This document shows, piece after piece, positions 10,379 through 17,959 of a DNA stretch of 32,000 nt. The DNA is taken from positions 210,001-242,000 of the forward strand of contig NZ_BCZP01000002.1 in the NCBI RefSeq assembly GCF_001598795.1. Reading direction: 5' to 3'. Origin of the DNA: Delftia acidovorans NBRC 14950. Lineage in GTDB: Bacteria > Pseudomonadota > Gammaproteobacteria > Burkholderiales > Burkholderiaceae_C. Both the position numbers and the translations under genes were made by a program. The notes under the pieces were generated by a model. The model did no database searches. It was not told the DNA's origin and saw nothing but the letters and a program-made list of their open reading frames with translations. Each line of letters opens with the position of its first letter. Position 1 is the stretch's first letter.

Positions 10379-10990
10379 TCAGCCTGCCAGCGCCACGGCA
10401 CCGTAGCCCATGGCGGCCACTCCGGCCAGGCGTGCGGCCCAGGCCGATGCCGTGCCGCCGCGCATGGCCCGGCCAAAGGCCACGCCCAGCGCATGCAGCA
10501 CCAGCGTGGTGGCGACCATGCCCGCCATGTAGGCCCAGAACACGGCTGCGGGCAGCGCGTGGGGGAAGACCTCGCCATGCGCGTATCCGTGGAACAGCGC
10601 GAAGGCGCCGGCCAGCACCATGGCCAGGGCCACGGGCAGGCGGCGCTGGGCCACCAGCAGCAGGCCGAAGGCCAGCAGCGAGGCGGCCACCATGGGCTCC
10701 ACGGCCGGCAGCTCCAGCGGGGTCTGCGTCAGCGCCAGGCCCAGCGCCATGCAGGCGGCAAAGGCCACGGGCGGCAGCCACTGGCGCTGCAGCATCAGCC
10801 CGCACCACAGGCCCAGGGCCAGCATGGCCAGCAGATGGTCCAGGCCCGCGATGGGGTGGGACAGCCCGGCCATCAGGGCCTGCATGGCGCCGTCACCGGC
10901 ATGCAGGTGGGCGCCGGCCCCCGTATGGGCGCTGGCGGCCGTGGCGGCGGCCAGCAGGGCCGGGGCGAGCAGAAGGCGGGGATGGAACAT
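10379..10990 (-). CDS. ureJ: HupE/UreJ family nickel transporter
   Basis: 203 aa. Signal peptide MFHPRLLLAPALLAAATAASAHTG, then HPxxGxDH (SHPIAGLDHLL) and FHGxAHG (FHGYAHGE) motifs. SD ggag lies upstream of the ATG at 10990. Confidence 0.85.
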   Translation of the reverse strand: MFHPRLLLAPALLAAATAASAHTGAGAHLHAGDGAMQALMAGLSHPIAGLDHLLAMLALGLWCGLMLQRQWLPPVAFAACMALGLALTQTPLELPAVEPMVAASLLAFGLLLVAQRRLPVALAMVLAGAFALFHGYAHGEVFPHALPAAVFWAYMAGMVATTLVLHALGVAFGRAMRGGTASAWAARLAGVAAMGYGAVALAG

Positions 10991-11001
10991 GGCGGATCTC
11001 C

Positions 11002-11304
11002 TCAAACGATCGGGTGATGAACGGTGACCAGCTTGGTGCCGTCCGGGAAAGTGGCTTCGACCTGGATGTCCGGGATCATTTCTGGAATGCCCTCCATCAC
11101 ATCGGCGCGCGTCAGCACCGTGGTGCCCAGGTGCATGAGCTCGGCCACGGTCCTGCCGTCGCGCGCCCACTCCAGCACGGCGGCGCTGATCAGCGCCACG
11201 GCCTCGGGGTAGTTGAGCTTCAGGCCGCGCGCCTTGCGCCGCTCGGCCACCAGGGCTGCGGTGAACAGCAGCAGCTTGTCTTTTTCACGCGGGGTGAGTT
11301 CCAT
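11002..11304 (-). CDS. ureA: Urease gamma subunit
   Basis: 100 aa, [40 protein letters not shown]... Confidence 0.95.
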   Translation of the reverse strand: MELTPREKDKLLLFTAALVAERRKARGLKLNYPEAVALISAAVLEWARDGRTVAELMHLGTTVLTRADVMEGIPEMIPDIQVEATFPDGTKLVTVHHPIV

Positions 11305-11321
11305 GGATGAGTCTCCGTTGA

Positions 11322-12239
11322 TCAGGTCGCCCACAGGCGCGGGGGGCGGGCCGGTTGGTCCAGCAGTGCCGGGCGCAGCAGGCGCCAGCCTTCATGCAGC
11401 ACGGCCCGTGCTGCCTCCATGCGCCGGGCCAGCACGCGCAGCAGCAGCACCGAGGGCGCGCCGCCCTGGCCGGCCAGCAGGCTGGCGCCGGCGCGCACTT
11501 CATCGCTCCAGGGCAGGCTGGCGGCCAGTTGCTCGCTCAATGGCTCCATGGCCGCCAGGGGTTCCGGGGCCACGGCCCAGAGGCTGGCCTGTATGGGCAA
11601 GCCTGCCCAGGCAACGGGGCTGGACAGCAGTGCATGGCCGGCGTGCAGTTCGCCTTGCTCCAGCCACAGCGGCCGTCCGCCGCATGCGAGCCGGTTGTGA
11701 AGCTGCAGGCGCGCGGCAGCGGTGGGCGCGGCGCCGGTGTGGTTCCAGTGCTCGCCCGCGCCATAGCGGCCCAGCACCACGGCATCCCAGCCGATGGCGC
11801 GCGCGCCCGGCGCCAGATCCAGGTCCAGCGCCATGGTGGCGTCGGCACCGGCGAACAGCATGTTTTCCTGTGGCAGCCATTCCAGGATGGCGCCTTCTTC
11901 CACGCGCAGCCGCACGCGCTGCGCGGCCGGGCGGCCCTGGGACTTGTACCAGCGCGTGGCGCCCGGTGTGGTCAGCAGGGCGTGGGCGCCGGGCTCCACG
12001 GTCACATCGATCTGCAACTGGTCGCCGCCGGCCACGCCGCCGGGCGGGTGCAGCAGCACGGCATGGCAGATGCCGGGGCCTTCGGGGTGCAGCGGTTTTT
12101 GCACGCGCAGCGGGCCGCTGTGGCGTGCGTGGGAAAGCACGCTGCCCTGGCCGGCGCGGTGCCCGAAGCGCAGGTCCAGCATGGCCTGCCAGCCCGAGGC
12201 GCAAGCGGGCACGGCGGTGATCGGTAGCGCTGCGGACAT
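11322..12239 (-). CDS. ureD: Urease accessory protein UreD
   Basis: 305 aa, ...[12 protein letters not shown]...[15 protein letters not shown]...[12 protein letters not shown]... Confidence 0.9.
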   Translation of the reverse strand: MSAALPITAVPACASGWQAMLDLRFGHRAGQGSVLSHARHSGPLRVQKPLHPEGPGICHAVLLHPPGGVAGGDQLQIDVTVEPGAHALLTTPGATRWYKSQGRPAAQRVRLRVEEGAILEWLPQENMLFAGADATMALDLDLAPGARAIGWDAVVLGRYGAGEHWNHTGAAPTAAARLQLHNRLACGGRPLWLEQGELHAGHALLSSPVAWAGLPIQASLWAVAPEPLAAMEPLSEQLAASLPWSDEVRAGASLLAGQGGAPSVLLLRVLARRMEAARAVLHEGWRLLRPALLDQPARPPRLWAT

Positions 12240-12287
12240 GGGCGTGAGGGGCGGTACAGGGCGTGGTGGTTGTAACGGCCTTTGTCA

Positions 12288-12303
12288 TGCATTTAGCGTG
12301 CCA
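12288..12303 (-). promoter_or_regulatory. Candidate sigma-54 (-24/-12) promoter of the urease operon
   Basis: The minus strand reads TGGCAC-GCTAA-ATGCA. The consensus is TGGCAC-N5-TTGCA, so there is one mismatch. The GC element lies about 50 nt upstream of the ureD ATG. Confidence 0.5.
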
Positions 12304-12321
12304 ATCCGGTGCAGTGGCGGT

Positions 12322-12338
12322 TGCGCCATGCTGGTGCG
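12322..12338. promoter_or_regulatory. Possible NtrC-type enhancer half-palindrome (TGCGCC-ATGCT-GGTGCG)
   Basis: Resembles TGCACC-N5-GGTGCA with two symmetric mismatches. It is unusually close to the -24 element, so the call is tentative. Confidence 0.25.
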
Positions 12339-12438
12339 CTGGCGCATCGGATTGGTGCGTTTCCTGCATGGCAAGGCGCGCAAGACGGCACGTTTGCAGT
12401 GCATTCTTGCGCAGCGTGCCGCAGGCTGGTGCTCTTTC

Positions 12439-13686
12439 TTACGCGCGGCCCTGTGGCTGGCCTGCCTGGCGCGCGAGGGACCTGTCCCAGGCCACGACGG
12501 CCAGCGTGGCCAGGCTCAGAATCAGGCCCGCCACGCTGGCGCCTGTCCATCCCCAGTGCAGCCAGACCGCCGAGCCCACGGCCGAGCCTGCCGAGGCGCC
12601 GATGAAATAGCCCGTCATATAGACCGCATTGATGCGCGAGCGCGCCAAGGGTGCCAGCGCATAGATCACATTCTGGTTGCTGATGTGCAGGGCCTGCAGC
12701 GCGGCATCGACGATGAGCAGTCCCGCCAGGAACCACCACAGGCTGGTGCCGCCCAGCCACAGCGCCCCCCAGCCCGCCAGCATCAGCAGGCCGCCTGCCA
12801 GCGTGGTGCGCTGCTCCAGCCCCCGGTCGGCCAGCCGGCCGGCCATGTTGGCCATGAGGGCGCCGGCCACGCCGACCAGGCCGATGAGGCCGATCTGCGC
12901 ATCGCCAAACCCGTAGCCCGGCCCGGCCAGCAGCAGTGCCATGGTCGAGAACAGCACGCTCACCGTGGCAAAGCCCATGCCGCCGATCAGAGCCCGGCTG
13001 CGCAGGCGCGGCTGCTCGCGCGCCAGCGTGAGCAGGGAGCGCATCACCGCGCCATAGCCTATGGGCTGGGCCGGCTGCGCCAGGGGCAACGCGCGCCGCA
13101 GCAGCAGGGCAACGCCGGCCGTGGCCAGGGCGCCCACCCAGTAGACGGCATTCCAGCCACCCAGCTCCGACAGCAGGCCCGCCACGCTGCGCGCCGCCAG
13201 GATGCCGATCAGCAGCCCGCTCATGACCAGCCCCACGGCGCGCCCGCTGGCGCCGGGCGCCGCAAAGCTGGCCGCCATGGGCACCAGCACCTGGGCCGCG
13301 ACCGAGAACAGCCCCGTCATCAGCGTGCCCGCCGCCAGCAGCGCAAAGCTGTGCGCCATGCCGCTGGCCAGCATGCCCAGCGCGGCCAGCAGCATCAGGC
13401 CCAGCACCAGGCGGCGGCGCTCCAGCATGTCGCCCAGCGGCACGAGCAGCAGCAGCCCCAGCGCATAGGAGACCTGGGCCATGGTCACCGTCAGCGAGGC
13501 ACGCGCCTCGCTGATGCCCAGGTCGATGGCGATGGAGTGCAGCAGCGGCTGGTTGAAGTAATTGGCGCCCGCGCACAGGCCGCAGGCCGTGGCCATGAGC
13601 AGCAGGGTGCTCTGGGGCAGCACGGGCGTGGCGGTGGCCTGCATGGGCGGCGAGGGCAGGGCGGGGGCCGGGGAGGATCTGTTCAT
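12439..13686 (-). CDS. MFS transporter (12-TM type)
   Basis: 415 aa, hydrophobic throughout. MFS signature-like GDMLERRRLVL after TM2. It lies downstream of the RidA-like gene in the SoxR-box-controlled unit. Confidence 0.8.
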   Translation of the reverse strand: MNRSSPAPALPSPPMQATATPVLPQSTLLLMATACGLCAGANYFNQPLLHSIAIDLGISEARASLTVTMAQVSYALGLLLLVPLGDMLERRRLVLGLMLLAALGMLASGMAHSFALLAAGTLMTGLFSVAAQVLVPMAASFAAPGASGRAVGLVMSGLLIGILAARSVAGLLSELGGWNAVYWVGALATAGVALLLRRALPLAQPAQPIGYGAVMRSLLTLAREQPRLRSRALIGGMGFATVSVLFSTMALLLAGPGYGFGDAQIGLIGLVGVAGALMANMAGRLADRGLEQRTTLAGGLLMLAGWGALWLGGTSLWWFLAGLLIVDAALQALHISNQNVIYALAPLARSRINAVYMTGYFIGASAGSAVGSAVWLHWGWTGASVAGLILSLATLAVVAWDRSLARQAGQPQGRA

Positions 13687-13732
13687 CTGACGAATGCCTG
13701 TGTTATCTGCTTATGGGTGGCAAACGGATGGC

Positions 13733-14260
13733 TCAGACCCACAGCGGCGGCCGTGCGGGCTGGGCGTGGGCGGGCAGTGCGGCCACGGCATCAACCTCGA
13801 TCAGCATGCCGGGCAGGGCCAGCCGGGGCACGGGGATCAGGGTGCAGGCCGGAAAGCGCGGCAGGGTATTGCTGGGGGCGCCATCGCCGGGGGCGCCGTC
13901 GCTCCAATGCAGGCGCACGGCGGCCTGCCAGTCGTTGAAGCGGGCCTCCGAGTGGTCGACGATGAGCAGGGTCAGCTTGACCACCTGGCCCATGTCCGCG
14001 CCCGCCGCCTGCAGCGCCAGCTTGAGGTTGGACAGCGCCTGCTGCGCCTGGGCCGCGAAGCTGTCGGGCAGGTCGCCCGCCTGGTTTTCGCCCCCCTGGC
14101 CCGAGACGAAGGCCCATTGCGCCGGCCCGTGCACGGTGACCACATGGGTGTAGCCGTTGGGCGTGGCGTCGTAGAGGCCGGCGGGCTGCAGATGGTGCAG
14201 TTGCGGGGCCGTGGAAGCTGCGGGCTGTGCCGAGGAGGTGGCAAGTGCGTCGTGTGGCAT
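13733..14260 (-). CDS. RidA/YjgF/UK114 (endoribonuclease L-PSP) family protein with terminal extensions
   Basis: Core sequence YTHVVTV...AFVSGQGG...AQAQQALSNLKLALQAAGADMGQVVKLTLLIVD...IEVDAVA. At 175 aa it is longer than typical family members. Confidence 0.75.
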   Translation of the reverse strand: MPHDALATSSAQPAASTAPQLHHLQPAGLYDATPNGYTHVVTVHGPAQWAFVSGQGGENQAGDLPDSFAAQAQQALSNLKLALQAAGADMGQVVKLTLLIVDHSEARFNDWQAAVRLHWSDGAPGDGAPSNTLPRFPACTLIPVPRLALPGMLIEVDAVAALPAHAQPARPPLWV

Positions 14261-14309
14261 GTATGGCTTGGAGTCTGAGAGTGGGCCGGACCGGGCGGCG
14301 AGGCTTGCC

Positions 14310-14340
14310 AGTGTGAAACCTCAACCAAAGTTGAGGTCAA
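14310..14340 (-). promoter_or_regulatory. SoxR-dependent (MerR-type, 19-bp spacer) promoter with a SoxR box, facing the RidA-like/MFS operon
   Basis: The minus strand reads TTGACC-TCAACTTTGGTTGAGGTTT-CACACT. Perfect 8+8 inverted repeat ACCTCAAC-caaa-GTTGAGGT at 14318-14337 lies between the -35 and -10. The E. coli soxS box core is CCTCAAG...CTTGAGG. Confidence 0.75.
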
Positions 14341-14389
14341 ATGCAGGCCTGCTTGGACCTATTTTTCCTGCGCCTATTTTCCTGCTGCC

Positions 14390-14860
14390 ATGAATCTGTC
14401 TTCTGCCGGTGTCACCGCGTCCGACCATGACGGGCCGGCCATCCTCTCCGTGGGCGAAGTCGCCCGGCGCAGCGGCATCACCGTCTCGGCCCTGCATTTC
14501 TACGAGCGCCAGGGGCTGATCGAGAGCCTGCGCACGCCCGGCAACCAGCGCCGCTATGCGCGTGCCGTGCTACGGCGCGTGGCGGTCATCAGGGTGGCCC
14601 AGCGCATGGGCGTGCCGCTGGCCGAGATTGCCGAGGCGCTGCAGGACCTGCCCAGCGGCCGCACGCCCACGCAGGCCGACTGGAGCGCGCTGTCCGCGCG
14701 CTGGCGCCATGCGCTGGATGCGCGCATCCAGGGCCTGACCCAGCTGCGCGACCAGATCGACGGCTGCATAGGCTGCGGCTGCCTGTCCCTCAAGGCCTGC
14801 CCGCTGCGCAATGACGGCGACTGCCTGGCCGAAGACGGGCCGGGGCCGCACTTTCGCTGA
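14390..14860 (+). CDS. soxR: Redox-sensitive transcriptional activator SoxR ([2Fe-2S] MerR family)
   Basis: [26 protein letters not shown]...GNQRRY, plus the C-terminal cluster motif [16 protein letters not shown]. Confidence 0.92.
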   Translation: MNLSSAGVTASDHDGPAILSVGEVARRSGITVSALHFYERQGLIESLRTPGNQRRYARAVLRRVAVIRVAQRMGVPLAEIAEALQDLPSGRTPTQADWSALSARWRHALDARIQGLTQLRDQIDGCIGCGCLSLKACPLRNDGDCLAEDGPGPHFR

Positions 14861-14883
14861 ACGGGCATGCGCCCTGGGCGGAA

Positions 14884-16095
14884 CTAGTGCTTGGGCATGG
14901 GCAGCGTGGGCGTGCGCGTGCACATCCAGCACAGCCAGCCGGCCAGCGCACCCATGACGATGCAGTAGGCGACCAGGGCCTCGGTGATGCCGATATGGTC
15001 CGAGAGCCAGCCCAGGCCCAGGATGGGCACGATGGTGCCCAGGTAGCCGACCACCAGGTACGTGGACAGCAGGCCCGTGCGCGTGGCCGGCGTGGAGACC
15101 TTGTTGACGATGGACATGCCCGCCAGGTTGCACAGGCCGTGGCCCGCCGCCGTGGTGATCACGCTGAGCGCGAACAGCAAGGCCGAGCCCGCGAAGCTGT
15201 TGACCAGCAGCAGGAGGTTGCAGGCCACCAGGCAGGCAAAGCCCACAATGGCCGAGCCCTTGGTCGGGCGCGGGCGCGCCAGGTACTGGAAGCCCGCCGA
15301 GAGGAACAGGATCACGCCGATGGACAGGCCGGAGACAGCCGGCCCGTGCCAGGGCACCATGCGCTGCATGAAGCTGGGCGCCAGCGATGCGAACAGGCTG
15401 AACATGCCGAAGGCGCAGAACGCGCACATGCCGCCCAGTGCGTAGTGGCGCGCAAAGCGGCGCTCCGGCAGCGTGATGGTGGGCATGAAATCACGCCAGT
15501 GCAGCGCGCGTGCCTGGGTGGAGGCCAGCTCGGCCGGCTCGGCGATGCGCACCTGGTACAGCGCATAGACGGCCAGCAGCCCCAGCCCCAGCGAGGGGAT
15601 GTAGGCCGTGACCAGCGGCCAGGGCAGCCACTGCGCGATCAGCCCGCCCACCACCGGCCCCAGCCCGAAGCCGAAGGCAATGGTCAGGCTGGTCGTGGCC
15701 GCGGCGCGCTGCAGGTCGCCCCGGTTGTTGAGCCGGGTCATGCCCACCGAGGCCGAGGTGGTGATCAGCCCCGAAGCCACACCGATCACCACGCGCCCCA
15801 GCGCAAAGCTGGGCACGTTCCAGGCCACGGCGGAGGCCAGCACGCCCAGCGTCATCAGGATCAGCCCGGCGCGCAGCACGGTGACAAAGCCGAATCGGTC
15901 GGTCAGCCGGCCCAGGAACAGCAGGCTGGCCAGCGCGCCGAACATATAGGCCACGAAGATCTGCGTGATGTGGCTGGGCTGCAGCCCCCAGGCCTGCTGG
16001 TACAGCGGGTACAGCGGGCTGGCCAGGGCTGTGCCCATGACACCCACGCACATGGAAAAACACACCCACGCATAGGGTGGCCAACGGGTTTGCAT
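14884..16095 (-). CDS. MFS transporter
   Basis: 403 aa from MQTRWPPYAWVCFSMCVGVMG... MFS motif GRLTDRFGF. The 500-aa ORF in the track has a non-hydrophobic, improbable 5' extension. No obvious SD is present. Confidence 0.75.
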   Translation of the reverse strand: MQTRWPPYAWVCFSMCVGVMGTALASPLYPLYQQAWGLQPSHITQIFVAYMFGALASLLFLGRLTDRFGFVTVLRAGLILMTLGVLASAVAWNVPSFALGRVVIGVASGLITTSASVGMTRLNNRGDLQRAAATTSLTIAFGFGLGPVVGGLIAQWLPWPLVTAYIPSLGLGLLAVYALYQVRIAEPAELASTQARALHWRDFMPTITLPERRFARHYALGGMCAFCAFGMFSLFASLAPSFMQRMVPWHGPAVSGLSIGVILFLSAGFQYLARPRPTKGSAIVGFACLVACNLLLLVNSFAGSALLFALSVITTAAGHGLCNLAGMSIVNKVSTPATRTGLLSTYLVVGYLGTIVPILGLGWLSDHIGITEALVAYCIVMGALAGWLCWMCTRTPTLPMPKH

Positions 16096-16096
16096 A

Positions 16097-16118
16097 GAAA
16101 AGGGAGCGAAAAGGGAGC
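16097..16118. repeat. Tandem 11-nt direct repeat (GAAAAGGGAGC x2) abutting the MFS start codon
   Basis: Read directly from the sequence. It is part of a purine-rich tract (16096-16145), which is pyrimidine-rich in the mRNA sense. Confidence 0.6.
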
Positions 16119-16373
16119 GCGAAGAAAGCGAAGGGGAAAGCGGCGCCGCGCAGGCCTGGCGCCACCGGGGCGCCACGGCACTGTCCGGGAGCGCATGGAA
16201 TCTGGAATGACCCGCAGGCCAATGGGTGAATTCTAAGAAACCCGCGTGTCCTGAGTGTTTCGCTGCCTCCGAGCCCCTGGCATGGACCCGGGCATACCGC
16301 TGGCAACGTGCGCCGGGCGGGCGGGTGTACCCTGTGGCCGTCCCTGTGTTTTCCCTTGTCCAGAGAGTCCGGC

Positions 16374-16841
16374 ATGCCAGTTCCATCCTCCGCTTTCATG
16401 ACCTCCCAGCCATCCCGCAAGGCAGCGTGGACCGCGCTTGGCGCCTGCGCGCTGCTGCTGGCCGGCTGCGGCTCGGTGGGTGGCGGCGTGGGCATCGGAA
16501 TTCCGGTCGGCCCCGTGTCGGTGGGCGTGGGACTGGGCAGCGGCGGGCTGAGTGCCGGAGTCGGCACGGGCGTGGGCCCGGTCGGCGTCGGTGTCGGCGT
16601 CAACCAGAGCGGCCAGGTGCTGGGCAGCGCAGGCGTGGGCGCCTCCACGGGTGTGGGCGGCGCGCGGGTCGGCGTGGGCGTGGGCTCATCCACCGTGCTG
16701 CACGATCCGCAGCGCTCCAACGTTCAACCGGCCCCGGAGCCAGCGCCTGCTGCCCCGCCTCATACCCCGGCCGGCCAGGTGCAATGGCGTGATGCCAGCG
16801 GTCAGGTCGTGCCGACCTGCCGCGTCGATGGACGTTGCTGA
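16374..16841 (+). CDS. Hypothetical lipoprotein with a Gly/Val-rich low-complexity core
   Basis: Lipobox ALLLAG-C after a basic n-region (..SQPSRKAAWTALGACALLLAGCGS). High GC3 in this frame. An alternative start is the ATG at 16398. The core consists of (G-V-G-x)n repeats, and the C-terminus carries two Cys (PTCRVDGRC). Confidence 0.55.
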   Translation: MPVPSSAFMTSQPSRKAAWTALGACALLLAGCGSVGGGVGIGIPVGPVSVGVGLGSGGLSAGVGTGVGPVGVGVGVNQSGQVLGSAGVGASTGVGGARVGVGVGSSTVLHDPQRSNVQPAPEPAPAAPPHTPAGQVQWRDASGQVVPTCRVDGRC

Positions 16842-16861
16842 GCCGGTGCGAGAGAGGGGAA

Positions 16862-16876
16862 AGGCGCGTAGCGCCT
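16862..16876. terminator. Short GC hairpin (aggcgc-gta-gcgcct) between the convergent lipoprotein and REC-GGDEF genes
   Basis: 6-bp perfect stem. A weak U-rich run follows on the minus strand only. Confidence 0.3.
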
Positions 16877-16892
16877 CAGGGGGTGCTTCTGA

Positions 16893-17843
16893 TCACCCCG
16901 CCCAGACGATGCGGTCGCGACCAGCGTTTTTTGCGAGATAAAGGCGCCGATCGGCATCGGCCAGCAGTTGCTGGGCACTGTTGGTGGGCGAAGGCGCAAT
17001 GCAGGCCACGCCCAGGCTCACGGTCAGCGCCTGGCCCAGGGGCGAGGCGGCATGGGGCAGGTCCAGCAGCCTGAGCGCATCGACGATGCCCTGCGCCACC
17101 AGCACCGCGCCATCCAGCGCCGTATGGGGCAGCAGGCAGACGAATTCCTCGCCCCCATAGCGCGCCAGCAGGTCGCCCGGCCGGTGCAGTGCGCCCTGAA
17201 TGGCCTGGGAGATCTGGCTCAGGCATTCATCGCCGACCAGATGGCCGTAGTGGTCGTTGTAGGCCTTGAAGTGGTCCACGTCCATCATCACCAGCGACAG
17301 CGGCTCGCCCAGGCGCTGCAGGCGCATGAACTCGCGCTCCAGCTGGGCACTGAAGAAGCGCCGGTTGGCCACGCCCGTCAGCCCGTCGCTGTGCGACAGC
17401 AGTTGCAGCATCTGGTGCTGCTGCGCAATCTCCAGATGCGTGCGCACGCGTGCCTTGAGCACGGCCGGGCGAAAGGGCTTGGTCACGAAATCCACGGCGC
17501 CCAGGTTCAGGCCCAGTTCCTCGCAATGGGGCTCGGTCAGCGCGGTGAGGAAGATGATGGGGATATGCGCGGTCTGCAGGTCGGCCTTGAGGCGTCGGCA
17601 GACCTCGAAGCCATCCATCCCGGGCATGCGGATGTCCAGCAGGATGAGGTCGGGCAGGTACTGGCGGGCCAGGGTCAGCGCGTCCTCGCCGGTGTAGGCC
17701 ACAAGCGGGCCGCACAGATCCTTGATCACCTGGCAGATGATGGTGGCGTTGTCCGGAACGTCGTCCACCACCAGCACCTTTTGCGCGGCAGGCAAGGGCT
17801 GTAGCGGGTTGGGCAGCGATGGTGGGAAGGCGGAGTAGGGCAT
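16893..17843 (-). CDS. Response regulator diguanylate cyclase (REC-GGDEF)
   Basis: 316 aa. REC domain: KVLVVDDVPDN...LILLDIRMPGMDGFEV...TKP. GGDEF domain with GGEEF and an RxxD I-site (RPGD, five residues upstream). Confidence 0.9.
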   Translation of the reverse strand: MPYSAFPPSLPNPLQPLPAAQKVLVVDDVPDNATIICQVIKDLCGPLVAYTGEDALTLARQYLPDLILLDIRMPGMDGFEVCRRLKADLQTAHIPIIFLTALTEPHCEELGLNLGAVDFVTKPFRPAVLKARVRTHLEIAQQHQMLQLLSHSDGLTGVANRRFFSAQLEREFMRLQRLGEPLSLVMMDVDHFKAYNDHYGHLVGDECLSQISQAIQGALHRPGDLLARYGGEEFVCLLPHTALDGAVLVAQGIVDALRLLDLPHAASPLGQALTVSLGVACIAPSPTNSAQQLLADADRRLYLAKNAGRDRIVWAG

Positions 17844-17959
17844 GGCCGATGGGATTTCGGGCCGAGAATACCCCGGAACCCGCAGCCCTGGATAGGGCGC
17901 CGCGGGCCTGGACAATTTGTAAAGATATCTGTCTTCGGGAGGCAGGCAGCCCGGTGGCC

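Noticed and set aside
10379-10990. hupE/ureJ placed between ureA and ureB, considered as a novel operon architecture
   Set aside because: A ureJ/hupE nickel-transporter gene between ureA and ureB has, as I recall, been described in other betaproteobacterial urease clusters (for example Bordetella). It is therefore worth annotating but is not novel.
11794-13938. 714-aa plus-strand ORF spanning ureD, the intergenic region and the MFS gene; also 23762-25840, 25645-27906, 28075-29472, 14887-16236 and the other long overlapping ORFs in the track
   Set aside because: All overlap well-supported genes on the other strand or frame. They cross intergenic regions and have Arg/Gly/Gln/His-rich, repeat-like composition without domain signatures.
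16404-16700. Repetitive GGCGTGGGC-like DNA considered as a VNTR or CRISPR-like array
   Set aside because: There is no regular repeat-spacer structure. The periodicity is codon-level (Gly-Val) within a coding frame that has a lipoprotein signal.
15491-16720. 409-aa minus-strand ORF with PTPTPT-type repeats
   Set aside because: The Pro/Thr repeats are simply the reverse complement of the Gly/Val codon repeats of the plus-strand lipoprotein. The ORF also runs through the MFS gene start and the intergenic region.
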